NCBI GenBank assembly: GCA_040754495.1
Contig: JBFMCO010000042.1
Coordinates: 1-47,274, forward strand
Length of the DNA: 47,274 nucleotides
Origin: Candidatus Micrarchaeota archaeon
Lineage (GTDB): Archaea; Micrarchaeota; Micrarchaeia; Anstonellales; Bilamarchaeaceae
Direction: 5' to 3'
The position numbers and the translations under genes are program-made. This document shows, piece by piece, positions 9,401 through 21,400 of the stretch. The notes below the pieces were generated by a model. That model was not told where the DNA came from. It saw only the letters and a list, made by a program, of their open reading frames with translations, and made no database searches. The stretch's first letter is position 1. Each line of letters begins with the position of its first letter.

Positions 9401-12400
9401 ATCTTGCAGGCGCAAGAGAGGATTTGCGGCTCTCCGTGCCATTCGAAGTCAGGAGCGGCCGGCTCTACGACCCTGATACAATCACGCGCTCCAACCTCTC
9501 GGACATGCAGTACTGGCAGGGAGTCCAGGAAACGGTGGAGATAGGCGGGAGGATAATCGTCGGCGGGCTGAGCATAGCCCTCGCGCCGGTCACGGGTGGA
9601 GCCTCGCTGGTCGGCGTCGTGCTGCTCGGAGCCGAGCAGGTGGGGCAGGGCTTCGAGATGCGCGCGCAGGAGGGAAGATGGACCGGCCGCGCGGTCTTCA
9701 CTGTCGTCATGGGCGGCGTGTCAATGGTATTGCCGTTCACGGTTTATCTTGCGGAAGCGAGCCAGGTGGCCCAGGCGGTGAACCTTGTCGCGCGCGGGGC
9801 GACCGAGGCCGAAATCGCGCTTGCCGGGGCGACCATGACCTCGAGGCTTGTCCAGGCCGGCGGCCTCTTATACATGGGCGTCGGCATGGGGGATTACCTC
9901 ATCAACCAGCTGCCGGGCGAAATCGACGCCGTGCAGCGCGGGGACAGGCTCTGGTGGCAGGCCGCGGCCGGCGGTCTCTTCCAGACAATCCAGCTTGCGC
10001 AGGTGGGCATCTCCACCTACCGGGGGGCCCAGGTGCAGAGGCAGGGCGGCATACCGGTCTACCGCTCCTGGGGACGGCAGGTGTTCGAGGCGCTCACGAT
10101 GGGCGAGGCGTTCTACACGCGCGAGCAGATGTCGGCCGCGCGCGCGTACCGGACGATGACGACGGAACTCGGCGCGCTTCCCGCCCCTGCGCGTGCATCA
10201 TACGAGGCTTACAGGACCGCACTCGGCGAGCGCGGAATACAGCTTCCCCCCGCGGACCAGGCGCGGCTTCTGACCGGATACCGCGAGGCCGTCGGCCGCG
10301 ACTCGACCATGACCTTCGAGCGCTACGTGCAGACGCCGGAGTACAGGGCAGGAGTGCATGAGCAGGCTTACAACGCTTTCGGCGAGGGAAGGGTTGGCGC
10401 TCATCAGCTCAACGACGAGGAATTCACGTACATGTGGGAGCGCTCGCACGGCTCGCGCGACTCGGCCCAGGCCGAGGCGAACGTTGCCACCGTGAGAGGG
10501 AACGAGCGGATGCAGGCCGGCGAGGCCGCCCTGCGCGACGTGTTCCAGGGGAACAGGACGCGCGCGAGCTTAGACCCGCACGAGCGTGCGTATGTCGAAT
10601 CAAGGCTGCAGGGCCGCCCGCCTACCGAGGCGCTGGCTGCTGCGGACGCCGCAGCCCCGCCGACCAGGGCCGGGGACATGCGCGCCCGCGGCGAGGAGGC
10701 CGCGAGGACGCGCGAGTTCACGCAGGCCAAGGATTTATACGAAGGCGAGATGATCCCCATAATCCCCGGGGGCGCCGAAGAGACGACGTACAGCCACCCG
10801 TCCGAGCCGGGCGTCCAGTATCCGCGCGACCAGATGCAGGCCGCGCGCGACATAGCCGCGACAGCGGAATTCATGATACGGAACGGGAACAGGCTTCCGC
10901 CAGGCATAGCCGCGGACAGCCCGGTTGCTGCACGGGCGCGCGAGCTTGCAGGCACTCCGGAATCGCCGACAGCGTTCAGGCAGTTTGCTGAGCGGCCGGC
11001 AGAGCAGGGGGGGCCGAACCGCGGCGCGCAGATGAGGCTCGCGCTCGAGCAGAGCGACAGGATGCCGCAGTTTGCAGAGAATGCAGTTGACCATGGCATA
11101 GCCTCGACGATGGAAGGGGCGGCAAGCGCGCGCGACCTGAATCAGGCAGAGAGCGGCTCAGCGACGGTCAGGGCGCTTTCGCTTGGGGAAGGATATGGCG
11201 AATTCACGCGCGGCACCCTCACAGAGCAGAGGGCGCGCGAGCTGGGCATAGGCCCGGATGAGATGGCTCTCTTCCAGAGGATGAGGGGCGAGAACGCGTC
11301 GCCGCGCCAGGCCGGCGCGGAGTTCGCAAGGAGGGCGGCTGCCGAGACCAGCGAGAGGGCGCTCGGCGATGCGGTGCATACGGAGTTCAACCAGAGGGCA
11401 GGAACCTTGGCCGAGCCGGCACGCGGCGCTGCGGCGGTAAGGGCCGAGAGGCTCACGGAAGCGTATCATGATTATAATGAGATTAACCTTTCCAATCTCG
11501 GCGCGCCCGAGAGGGCCGCGAGGATTAACGAGGTGCGGACTAGGCTCGGCCTCAGCGACGCCGAGCACGGGTTCCTGACGGCCCGGCTGGGGCTCGAGCG
11601 CGCCGAGGTCGGGCAGGACATCGCAAGGGCGGCCCTCGGGGAGATTCCGCTCGAGAGGCCTGCTGCAGCGCCGCGCGGCGAGGAGGGAAGGACCGGGCCG
11701 AGACCCGAGGAGGCCCCGCCCGTATCGCGGACAGCTGCGATGGAGGCCGAGGTCGGCAACATACGCGGGAGCGAGGCGCTCGAAGCCGGGCTGCGCGGCG
11801 CCTCCGCGGAGGTCGTACGCATAGCGCGCGTGCTCGAGGCGATGGCGCCCGGCGACACGGTGCTCAGCCAGCAGAGGCTGGGGGAGCTTGCAGCCGAGCA
11901 TCCGGAGTACGCGAGTCACATCGAGGCTTACAACAACGCGAGGCCTGAGGAAAGGCCTTTCCTGGCCCGGAGATATGCGGAGGAAATCGCGTTCGGGAGG
12001 AGCTCGCGGGCATTCGAATCCGTGGCCGGACAGCGCGTCACCGGACGGCAGGCGAGCGTCGAGATTGTCGAGGACGCAAGGCTGTTCCACAGGGCCCTGA
12101 ACGGCAGGGACATGACGCCGGCAGAGATGAGCCGCATAACCACCGAGCACTTTGACAGGTTTGAGCGGCTGAGGAGGGCGGGAATGGGCGAAGCCGATGC
12201 CATCCTCCAGGTCGGCCGCGAGATGAGGACCGAGCGCCTGATGAGCGAGCGCGGGATGAACCGCGACCAGGCGACAAGGTTCGTCAATGACGAGGCCGCG
12301 AGGCCGCACGACGTGCCGCTGCGGCCGGAGGAGGGCCTCGGCGAGCAGGACTTCAGGGCCATGCCGTCCGAATACAACACGAGGACCATCACGCTGCCCG

Positions 12401-15400
12401 ACGGCTCGACCACCACGCTAGCCGACGCGCAGAGGGCCAGGCTCATCCGCAGGATTGACAACACCGAGGACTCGGTCGGCTCCACGGCAGGCGTCTGGGT
12501 CGCAGAGATAATGGTGAACGGCCAGCCGAGGACCGTGGCCGTCAAGGTGTTCAAGGACCCGTACGTTCCTGGCGGACAGCAGAGGACGGCCCAGCACTGG
12601 GAGAACCTTTTTGAATTCGTCACGGGCCACCCGGCAAGGGCAGGCGAGCATGCGGAGATGGGCGAGGCCGGAAACCTCTCGGCAATTTCCGGCATGACGT
12701 TCAGGTCAGGCGACGGGAGGGAGCTTCCTGTCGGCCCCGGATTCTACGGCTTCGTGAACGTGGATGGCAACATCGCGGTCGCGATGGACCTGCTGCCGGG
12801 CATGTACATCGGAGACATGAGCCCGACGCAGATACGCGAGTTCGTCCGGCCTGACACTTACGCACAGATACAAAGAATCGGAGAGACGCTCCAGGCGAAC
12901 GGATACGGGATGCATGACTTCCAATTCATAGTCATGTTCCCGCCCGAGTCCGCGATACCGACCGGGCTTACCGGGGCCGCGCGCAGGCAGTTCATAGAGA
13001 ACTGGCGCACGACAATAAACGGCAGGGAGGTCCGCGCAGGGGACGTCGTGCTCATGGATGCCGGCGGGCTTTACCGCGCGGCAGACGAGCCTATGTCCAC
13101 GTTCAGCCCCATAAGGGAGGCGGAAAGGGCGCGCAGCACCGCGGACCAGGTGCTCGTCAACGACGCGCTTGCGAGGACAACCGCGACGGCAGCGGACGCG
13201 AACGCGCCGGGCAGGGCCCAGGCGCAGGCAGACCTGCAGGTCATGGAAGGGTTCATGAGGGAAGTCGAACCGATGGTGAACGCCAGGGACCCCATGGCCG
13301 AAGTTACGCGCCGCTACATGATAAAGAGCGACAGGGCGGACGCCGCTGCTGCAAGGCTCGAGCAGATTCGCGCGAGCGACCCGGCACGGGCCGAGGCAAT
13401 CGAAGGGGCATTCAGGAGATTCGAAAGGGAAGCAGGGCTGCCGGAAGGAAGCATGCTGCCGATGAGGGCTGAGGAAGCTGCCACCGTGCCGCGCCGCGCT
13501 GCGGTTGGCGCTGAAGAGACTACTGTAATAGAGCCCACGAGGCCGTCAAGGGCCCCGACGCCCCCGCCTGGCGAGGGGACGGTCCCGGGAAGGGGCAGGA
13601 GAGGGCCGCCGCCAACCGAAGAAAGGACTACCGCTCCGACAAGGAGGCAGCCTCCGCCAGAGGAAAGGACTGGCACTCCGACCAGGAGGGAGCAGCCGCC
13701 TGGCGAAGGGACAAGGCCGGAACGCAGGGGAGCGCCGGGCGAGAGGCCCGCGGAAGGACCTCCTGCGGCGGAGGTCACCGCTGCTCCGAGGTCGCTCCTT
13801 GACGACATCAGGGGCGGCGCGGGATTGCGCGATGCCATTGACAACCTGTTCGGAGTGGACTCCAACCTCGCAAGGAGGCTCGAGCGCAGGCTCGAGGTGC
13901 TTGAGCAGGACCCGATGTTCGCCGAGCGGTTCAGGGTGGCGACGCCGGAGGAGCGCGCGATAATCGTGGAGTCCCTGGCGAGCGGCATGTCGCCGGCCGA
14001 GGCGTTCCGGAGGATGGCAGCCGAAGGCGCCCCGAGGACAGCCGCGGAATTCACTGCATATGCGGACAGGCTCGCCGGAATGAGCGAGCCCGAGCGCCTC
14101 CTCAGGATACAGGACATAGCCAATTCTGACCCGAGGCTCGGGGAGGCCCTGCTCAGGATGAACCGCGAGACCAACCCGGCAAGAAGGGCGAGGCTCGCTA
14201 CAGAATGGGAAGGGGCGGTGCACGAGCGTGCGCGCGTGCAGGAGGCCCAGGAAGCAAGGGCCGCGCGGACGGCCGATGACCTCCGCACCCAGGAGCTGGA
14301 CATGGTGACGCGGGCCGCGCAGGCGAGGGGTCTTGATACGAGCATCATGACCGAGCTGTACTCGAACGGCGGCACCGAAGGCAGGATGGCCGTGCTCGAA
14401 GGGCTCGGCGTGGACATGTCCCGGTTCAATGCGGAGAGGACAAGGATAGAGGCCATGCCTCCGGGCGATGCCAGGAACACGGCGCAGCAGCGCCTCGACA
14501 CGATGGTGCATGGATTCTTCGAGCTCATGACAAGGGGCGGGCTCGAGGGGCACATAGCTGCCATGCCCGGATACGAGGGCGCGACTGTTACCGGCGTCGA
14601 ATTCCGCGGCGGCATGAGGGGCGTCTATGAGGTAACGCTTTCCAACGGGAGGAGGGTATTCGTAAAGAGCGAGGACGTCGCGCCGGCGCGGTTAGGGCGC
14701 GACCTTGCTGTGGCCGAGGGAATGTGGACATCCCGCATACACGAGGGATACTCATACGACACCGGCCTGACTTACCGCGACGGCACTCCCGTGAGGCAGG
14801 AGTTCGGCATACTCGAGGATATACACGACGTCCGGGGCACCCAGATAACGATAAGGCTGCCTGACGGCTCGACAGAGCAGGTGCGTGTCGTCGGAGTCTC
14901 GATGCTGAGGGACGAGGTGCTAAACGTGCCGCAGCCCCCGCCGCCGGACGCTTCTCCAGAGGTGGTGCGCGCATACGAGCAGAGGCTCGCGGCATTCCTC
15001 GCAGACCCGGTCGTGCAGGAGTTCTACAGGCTCTCCGGGAGCGAAGGGGGGAGGGACAGCATATTCCAGGCCTGGAGGGCGTACCAGGAGATGTCCAGGC
15101 GCGCGGTGCTCGGCGACAGGTTCGCGAGGAACACCGCTGCAGTCATCGTTGAGCGCGCAGACGGCAGCAGGGTTCTTACATTCCAGCCAATAGACATGGA
15201 CGCTGTCGGCTGGAGGGTCGGCTCGAGGCCGGACGGGACGCCGGGCTTCACCGGGCTGAGGACTGATTTCGCCGAGGCGAACGTAGACTTCCTCACCAAG
15301 TTCTCGAGCGCCACGGCGGCCGCGTCGGGCCACGGCCTTATCGGCGGCCGCGTGGACGGGGGGACTCTGCTTGGCAACATGTACAGCCCCACGGCAGAGC

Positions 15401-18400
15401 GCGGGGCCGCGATACCGCCAGACTCGCCCGCAACAAGGCAGAGAGTCGGCGAGATACTTGATGGCCATGACGGCAGGTACTTCGGCGCGGGCTTCGACAC
15501 GACATCCCCGGACATGCCGGCAGTCGGCGAATTCATATCACACGGCGGCAGCGACAGGCCGATAGGAAGGAGCGACGGCCGTGTCGTGCTGCATGCTGAT
15601 GACATGCGCGGCGTTACGGACGCAGCGGCGACGCCGGCCGAGCGCCAGGCGTTCGACCAGGCAGTGCGCGACGAGCTGACGCGCAGGTTTGGCGGAGGCG
15701 GGCGGCCGCCTGGAGGCGGAGGGGGCGAGCCACCGCCCGGTCCGCGAACGACGCCCGAGCGCAGGGGGGGAAGGCCTCCAGGCGAAGGGCAGCCGCCTGG
15801 CGAGAGGACTACCCCCGGAAGGCGCGGGGCGGCCCAACAGGAGCAGCGCGCTGAAGAGAGGACGATGACCGTCCGCGACAGCGACATAGTGGAGGAGAGG
15901 ACCGCTACAGGGGCAAGGCGCGGCCGGGCGGCGGAAGAGAGGACAATCCCTGTCACGACGGACATGATTGTGGAGGAGCGGACAGTCCCGAGGGCGCCGC
16001 CCGTTGAAGAGAGGACCACTCCGCAGAGAGGAGGAGCAGAGCAGCCGCAAGAAGCCACAGTCCCGCGGCCTGCAGAGGCGCAGCCTGCCGTGGCGCCCGC
16101 TCCGGTCACGCGGATGTCACCGGTGGACCTTGTCCAGCCTGACAACCTCGGCGCATTCGCAGGCAGGCTGAACGCAGGCGATGCTACGGCAGCCGCGGAC
16201 CTTGCCGCGATGCCGCCTCAGGTGCGCGAGCAGGTGGGCATTTTCCAGGAAAGGTATGCAGCCGCGGCAGGGAACGCACAGGAGCAGACGCGCATCGCAA
16301 CCGAATACGCGGGCAGGATTCTCGCAAGCAGCCTCGCATCGAGCCCCGAAACGCTCTGGCGGTTCGCGTCGAACTTCAGGTTCGGCCTTGAGAGCAGCCA
16401 GGTCACGCCGCAGGCAAGGGCCATGCTTGACAGCCTCCCGCCCGCAGTGCGCGACCTGGTGATTGAATTCGGCGGCAGGCTTTACAGAGAGTGGAGCCAC
16501 AGGGACGCCCTCGCGCCCGGATATGCCGACAGGATGACGCGCGCGGTCGATGCCGCGGCAGTCGCTGACATGTACGCGCTCCACACGCAGGGCCGCCCGC
16601 CAGCCAATCCGGCGGACAGGGCGGCGATGGAGTTCATCACCGCTGGCGGCACGAGGACGATAGACCCATCTACGCCGGCCGGAGCAAGGGAGATAGACGC
16701 GGCCGTGCAGTTCAGGAGGAGCGCCTCGCGGCTCGTCGAGAGGGACGGAGCCGCGGCGCTGGAGTCCGCGAGGACGCTCGGGGAGAGCGTCAGGACCGGC
16801 GCCAGGCCGGCCGATTTCCAGGGCGCGCTTGCGTACGATGCCGTGCAGGATTTGGCGCGGGCGAGCGCGCAGCAGGCCGGCAGGGCGGTTCCCGGCGCGC
16901 AGGACTACTTCAATGCGGCGGCGACATTCAGGCTTTTCGAGCAGGGCGGGCTTCCCGACACGGCCACGGTGAGGACTCCGCACTTTTCCGGAGGCAACGA
17001 AGCCCTGGAGCAGCACGGCACCGCGTATATAGACTGGGGAGGCCTGCAGGTCGAAGTCCACATTTTCCGGGACAGGGTGAACGTGTTCAGCGTGGAGCCC
17101 GCGGCCATCGGCGAGATGGGCTGGCCTACGAGCGGGATGAGGGAGGCGCTCGCCCGGTACGCGCAGAGGCGTCTTCGGGGGCCGCTCGAGCGCGCCTTCA
17201 GGGGGACGATGCGCCAGATTCCGAGGGAGACCGGAGGCGGGTACGACGTCTGGAGGCCGGTGATGGATTCCATCCAGGCCACAACGCTCGACCTGACGCA
17301 GGGGAGGCTCGCTACGGCACCGCCGGCCGTTGCAAGATACACGCCCGAGGAGATTGTGCGCGTTCACAGAACCGCTGATGTCGCCGCGAGGGGCGAGGCC
17401 GCGGCGGCGTTCCTTGAGATGTCCCCGCAGGACCAGCAGAGGACGCTCGGCCTGCTGCGCGAGAGGGCGAGGCCGCTTGAAGAAAGGGCGGCCGCGCTGG
17501 AGGCAGAAGCCAGGAGGCTCGAGGCCCAGGTCATGCCGGAATATAATAGTATACTTGAGAGGAAGGCAGCCGCGGAGGCCGAGGCAACGAATTATCAAGA
17601 GCAGGTGAGGGCGCTCGACCCGCAGATAAGGGCGGCAGAGCAGAGGGGAGACATGGCAGAGGTCTCCAGGCTGCGGGCCGAGAGGGGCAGGCTGGACGGC
17701 CTCGCGGATGAGAGAAGCACCGCGGCCAGGATGCTGGAGGGCGAGGCCGGGCGGCTGATGCGGCGCGCGAACGACCTGCGCGAGCAGGCGGGCGAGCTGC
17801 GCGCAATGGCCGGCTACTGGAACGAGCAGGGGATGTACTTCAGGGAGCTTGCAGGCCTCGGAGGAGAGATTGGCACTTACCTTTCACAGAGATACGGGGT
17901 GCCGCGGGAGGAGCTCGCGCGCGCATATTCCGCCCAGCCGACCACGGCGGAGGCGAGGCGGGCGCTTTATGACGCGCTCGGCATAAGGCTCGGCGAACTC
18001 CCGGACGCCGCGGTGAGGAGCGACGCCTACAGAAGTTTCACCAGCCTCGCTGATGACCCGTACATCGCAGGCATGATACTCACCGGGGACCTGCTTCGCA
18101 ATGTCGAGGGGATAGTGAGGCCGGACATAGACCCAACAAGCCTCCAGCCCGGAGACCGGGTCGTGGTGCGCGGAATAGACTTCCAGAACGGCCTCGTCGG
18201 GGCGTACCGGCTCACCATTGAAGTCGTTGACAGCCAGGGCAGGCCGCGCACCTTCAGGGACGTGAGCGGGAGGGAGCGCACCTCGATGACCCTCTTCGCC
18301 AAGAGGCAGGGCCTCAGCCCCGATGCCACGGGAAGCGAGGGCGGCAGGCTCACCGGAGCGCCCTCGCCGGACATACTTACAAGAGGCGCGGACGGAAGGG

Positions 18401-21400
18401 CGCTCGTCTATGTCTCGCCCGAAGGGCAGAGAATAGAGTACGGCCTCATGCGCGACATCCGGGACTTCCACGGCCAGATAGATGCCGGAAGGGCACTCAC
18501 CGACTCGCAGGGAAGGCCTGCCAGGGTGGATGTAAGCGTGGATGCCGCCGAAGACCTGTACTCCATAGTATTCTCCTCCGGCAACCCGAGGACGACCGAG
18601 GCGCGGGACCAGCTTTTCGGCGAGTTCCGCGACCATCCGGAGCAGTTCCTCGAGGCCCTCGGCTATGCACAGACAGGCTTCACTGCCGCTGGATTCTACG
18701 ACAGGCACGAAGGCAACGTGTGGGCGATGTGGCTGCGGATAAGGAACCAGCCGGCAGCCGAGGCTGCGCACATCGCGCACCAGCTCGAAAGCCAGGGCTA
18801 CCGCGTGAGGGACAACGGGGATGGCACATGGAGCTTCCTTCGCTTTGGCGCCATAGACTCGGACACGTTCGGCCAGTATCGGGCATTCAGCATGCCCGAC
18901 GGGCAGATTTCCCTCGCCCCGATGAGGGACCAGCTGGTGACGGACCTGCACAGGGTGTTCGTGCACCTGACATACGAAATGAACCAGGCCGAGATAGCCC
19001 GGGCGCACGCCGAAGGAAGGCCGCCAAGGCTTCGGACCGTGGAGGAAGTCACCACCATGGCCTTCGGCGAGAATATGGACGGCCCGTGGATGCGGGGCAT
19101 GAGGCGCTGGGTTTCGGAATTCGCCCCGGACACCCCTGCAGGGGCGCGCTTCAGGGCGGACATGCATTCCCTTTTTGACGGCTACAACGGACAGCGTTCA
19201 GGCATGGGCTTTGCGATGGAGGGGGCGCAGCTCGGCCGCTTCGAGGCGCAGGGCTATGAAGAGATACCATCGGCGCTCAACGGCATGCCGACCACCCACC
19301 TGGACGGCATAGACGGCCGCACGAGCTTCATGGCGAACGGGCGGATGGCGACCAACCCGAGCATAAGCGAGGCCGCAAGCCCGCGCGTCCGGGCCGCCCT
19401 GCCTGACGGACAGGACAGATATCTTGTGCGTATTGACGACATGGGCCGCTCAGAGCGCAGGCAGTTCCTGAGCAGCCTCGAAGCGAGCGGAGTGAGCACC
19501 GCGAGGCTGAGGACCTCGGCCGTCGGCGGAAGGGAATACATAGTCTTCTCAGACTCTGCGGCGATACCGCAGGCGATGTACGGAAGGACTGTCGCGGTGA
19601 GGCGCGATGGAGACCGGGTGTTCGTCAATAATTATGGCGCTCTGCTCACCGCTATTCCGGAGGGAAGGGCCGCGTACGTAGTGCCGCTTGCAGGCATGGG
19701 CAGAGTCGAGGCCCGCAGGCTCAGCAGCGCGCCCGGCGCCAGGGTTCTCGAGCTCAGCATCGGAGGCGAGCAGAGGTTCGTGGTGTTCGACAGCCCGCAG
19801 GCCGTGCCGGAGAGGCACAGGGACAGCGCCATGCAGGTCCGGAGAAGCGGGAGCACCATACTAGGAGATGCCAGGATGCGGGAGAGTATGGGCATAATCA
19901 ATACCAGGGACATCGGAGCAGCCCCGATGTTCGACGGCATGATGAACATGGGAGATGCCGGATGGACCGGGCTCTGGCAGGGAGTCAGGGACGGGGTGCT
20001 GAGGGCAGAGGCAGGCGCCAGGGCGGCTCCGGATGCCGGCTTCCTGCAGAGGAGAGTGCCGAACCCTGGCGACACGCAGGCGCTTCCTCCGGAATACGGA
20101 GGGCCCGGCCGGACGATTCCTGTTTCTGAAAGCGACCTCATCCCGCAGGGCAGCCCCCCGAGGCCGCCCCCTCAGCCGCCCGCAGGGGGCGGCGGGACCA
20201 GGAGGGGAGTCGCCCCGCCGGCAGAAGAGGGCCAACCCCAGCCGGCCAGGAGACAGCCCCCACCACCGCCGCAGCCGAGTGAAGGCAGGGGGACCGTGAG
20301 GATGGCTCCGCTCCCTCCTGCGGACCAGATGGCCATGCCCGGGCCGGCGCAGGTCCCGCGCGAGGGGGGAACACCTGGCGAACGCGCGGATGCGGCACAG
20401 ATGGCAGGACGGCTCATCGCCGGCGACCCGAACGCCCGGACGCAATTCACCGGGAGCTCCCAGGGAATGCAGGATGCCGTAGGCTTTGAGCTGGCGCAGC
20501 AGCTCAACCTGACAAGGCCGGGAGACATTGCCAATTTTGCAAGGGACGTCGCCCTCTACGAGCTCCACAGGACCGGGGAGAGACCCATCACCGACCCTGC
20601 CGTGCTTGCGCGCGTCGAGAGGAACGCAAGCCTGCACGCGCTCCTTCCCGAGAGGGTGAGGACGGCTGTGAGCGGCCTTGCCGGGAACAGCGCGTTCATA
20701 CTCAGCGCGAGGGGCACCGACAGGGCATTCGAAAGATATGTGGGCAACCGGAGGCTGGGCGGCGCGCTCGTAGGCGGGGCGCAGCGGGAGATTGCCGGGG
20801 CGGTCAATGCGCACTTTGCGGCCGGCCAGGGAGCTGGGCCCAGGATTCAGATTCCCCAGCAGGAGCTTGCACGCATCTCCGCAGACCTTGATGCCGCAGT
20901 GAGGACGGGCCAGCCGACGGGCTCTGTTGTGGCGATAACCGCATTCGCCGAGCAGGGCGTCTATCGGGTGATAATCGAGCGCGCGGACGGGACCCGCACG
21001 CCTTTCATATACAGGGAGCGCCCCTTCAGGCAGGAAGCTTTCGGCTCGGAGCTTTATGCCGCGGCCGGGCAGCAGGCACCGCATTTCATACGCCTGGGCG
21101 AAGGGCCCGACGCGAGGGCGCTGCAGGAGGTCGTCGGCGAGATGGACTTCCGCACGGCGCTGGCGCAGGGCAACCTGACCGAAGCAGAGAGGCAGTCGCT
21201 ATTCCGCGAGGCCGGGAGGCTCGGCATGATTGATTATGCGCTCGGCCTGCCTGATTCCCATGCTGGGAATTATGTCGTCGTGAGGGGGGAGGGAGGCACC
21301 CTCAGCCTCATGAGGATTGATTTCGAGAATGCCGGCATCGGGTGGGGGAGGGGCATACGCCCGGATGGCAGCGTAGGGAACAGGGACCACGTGATTTTCT

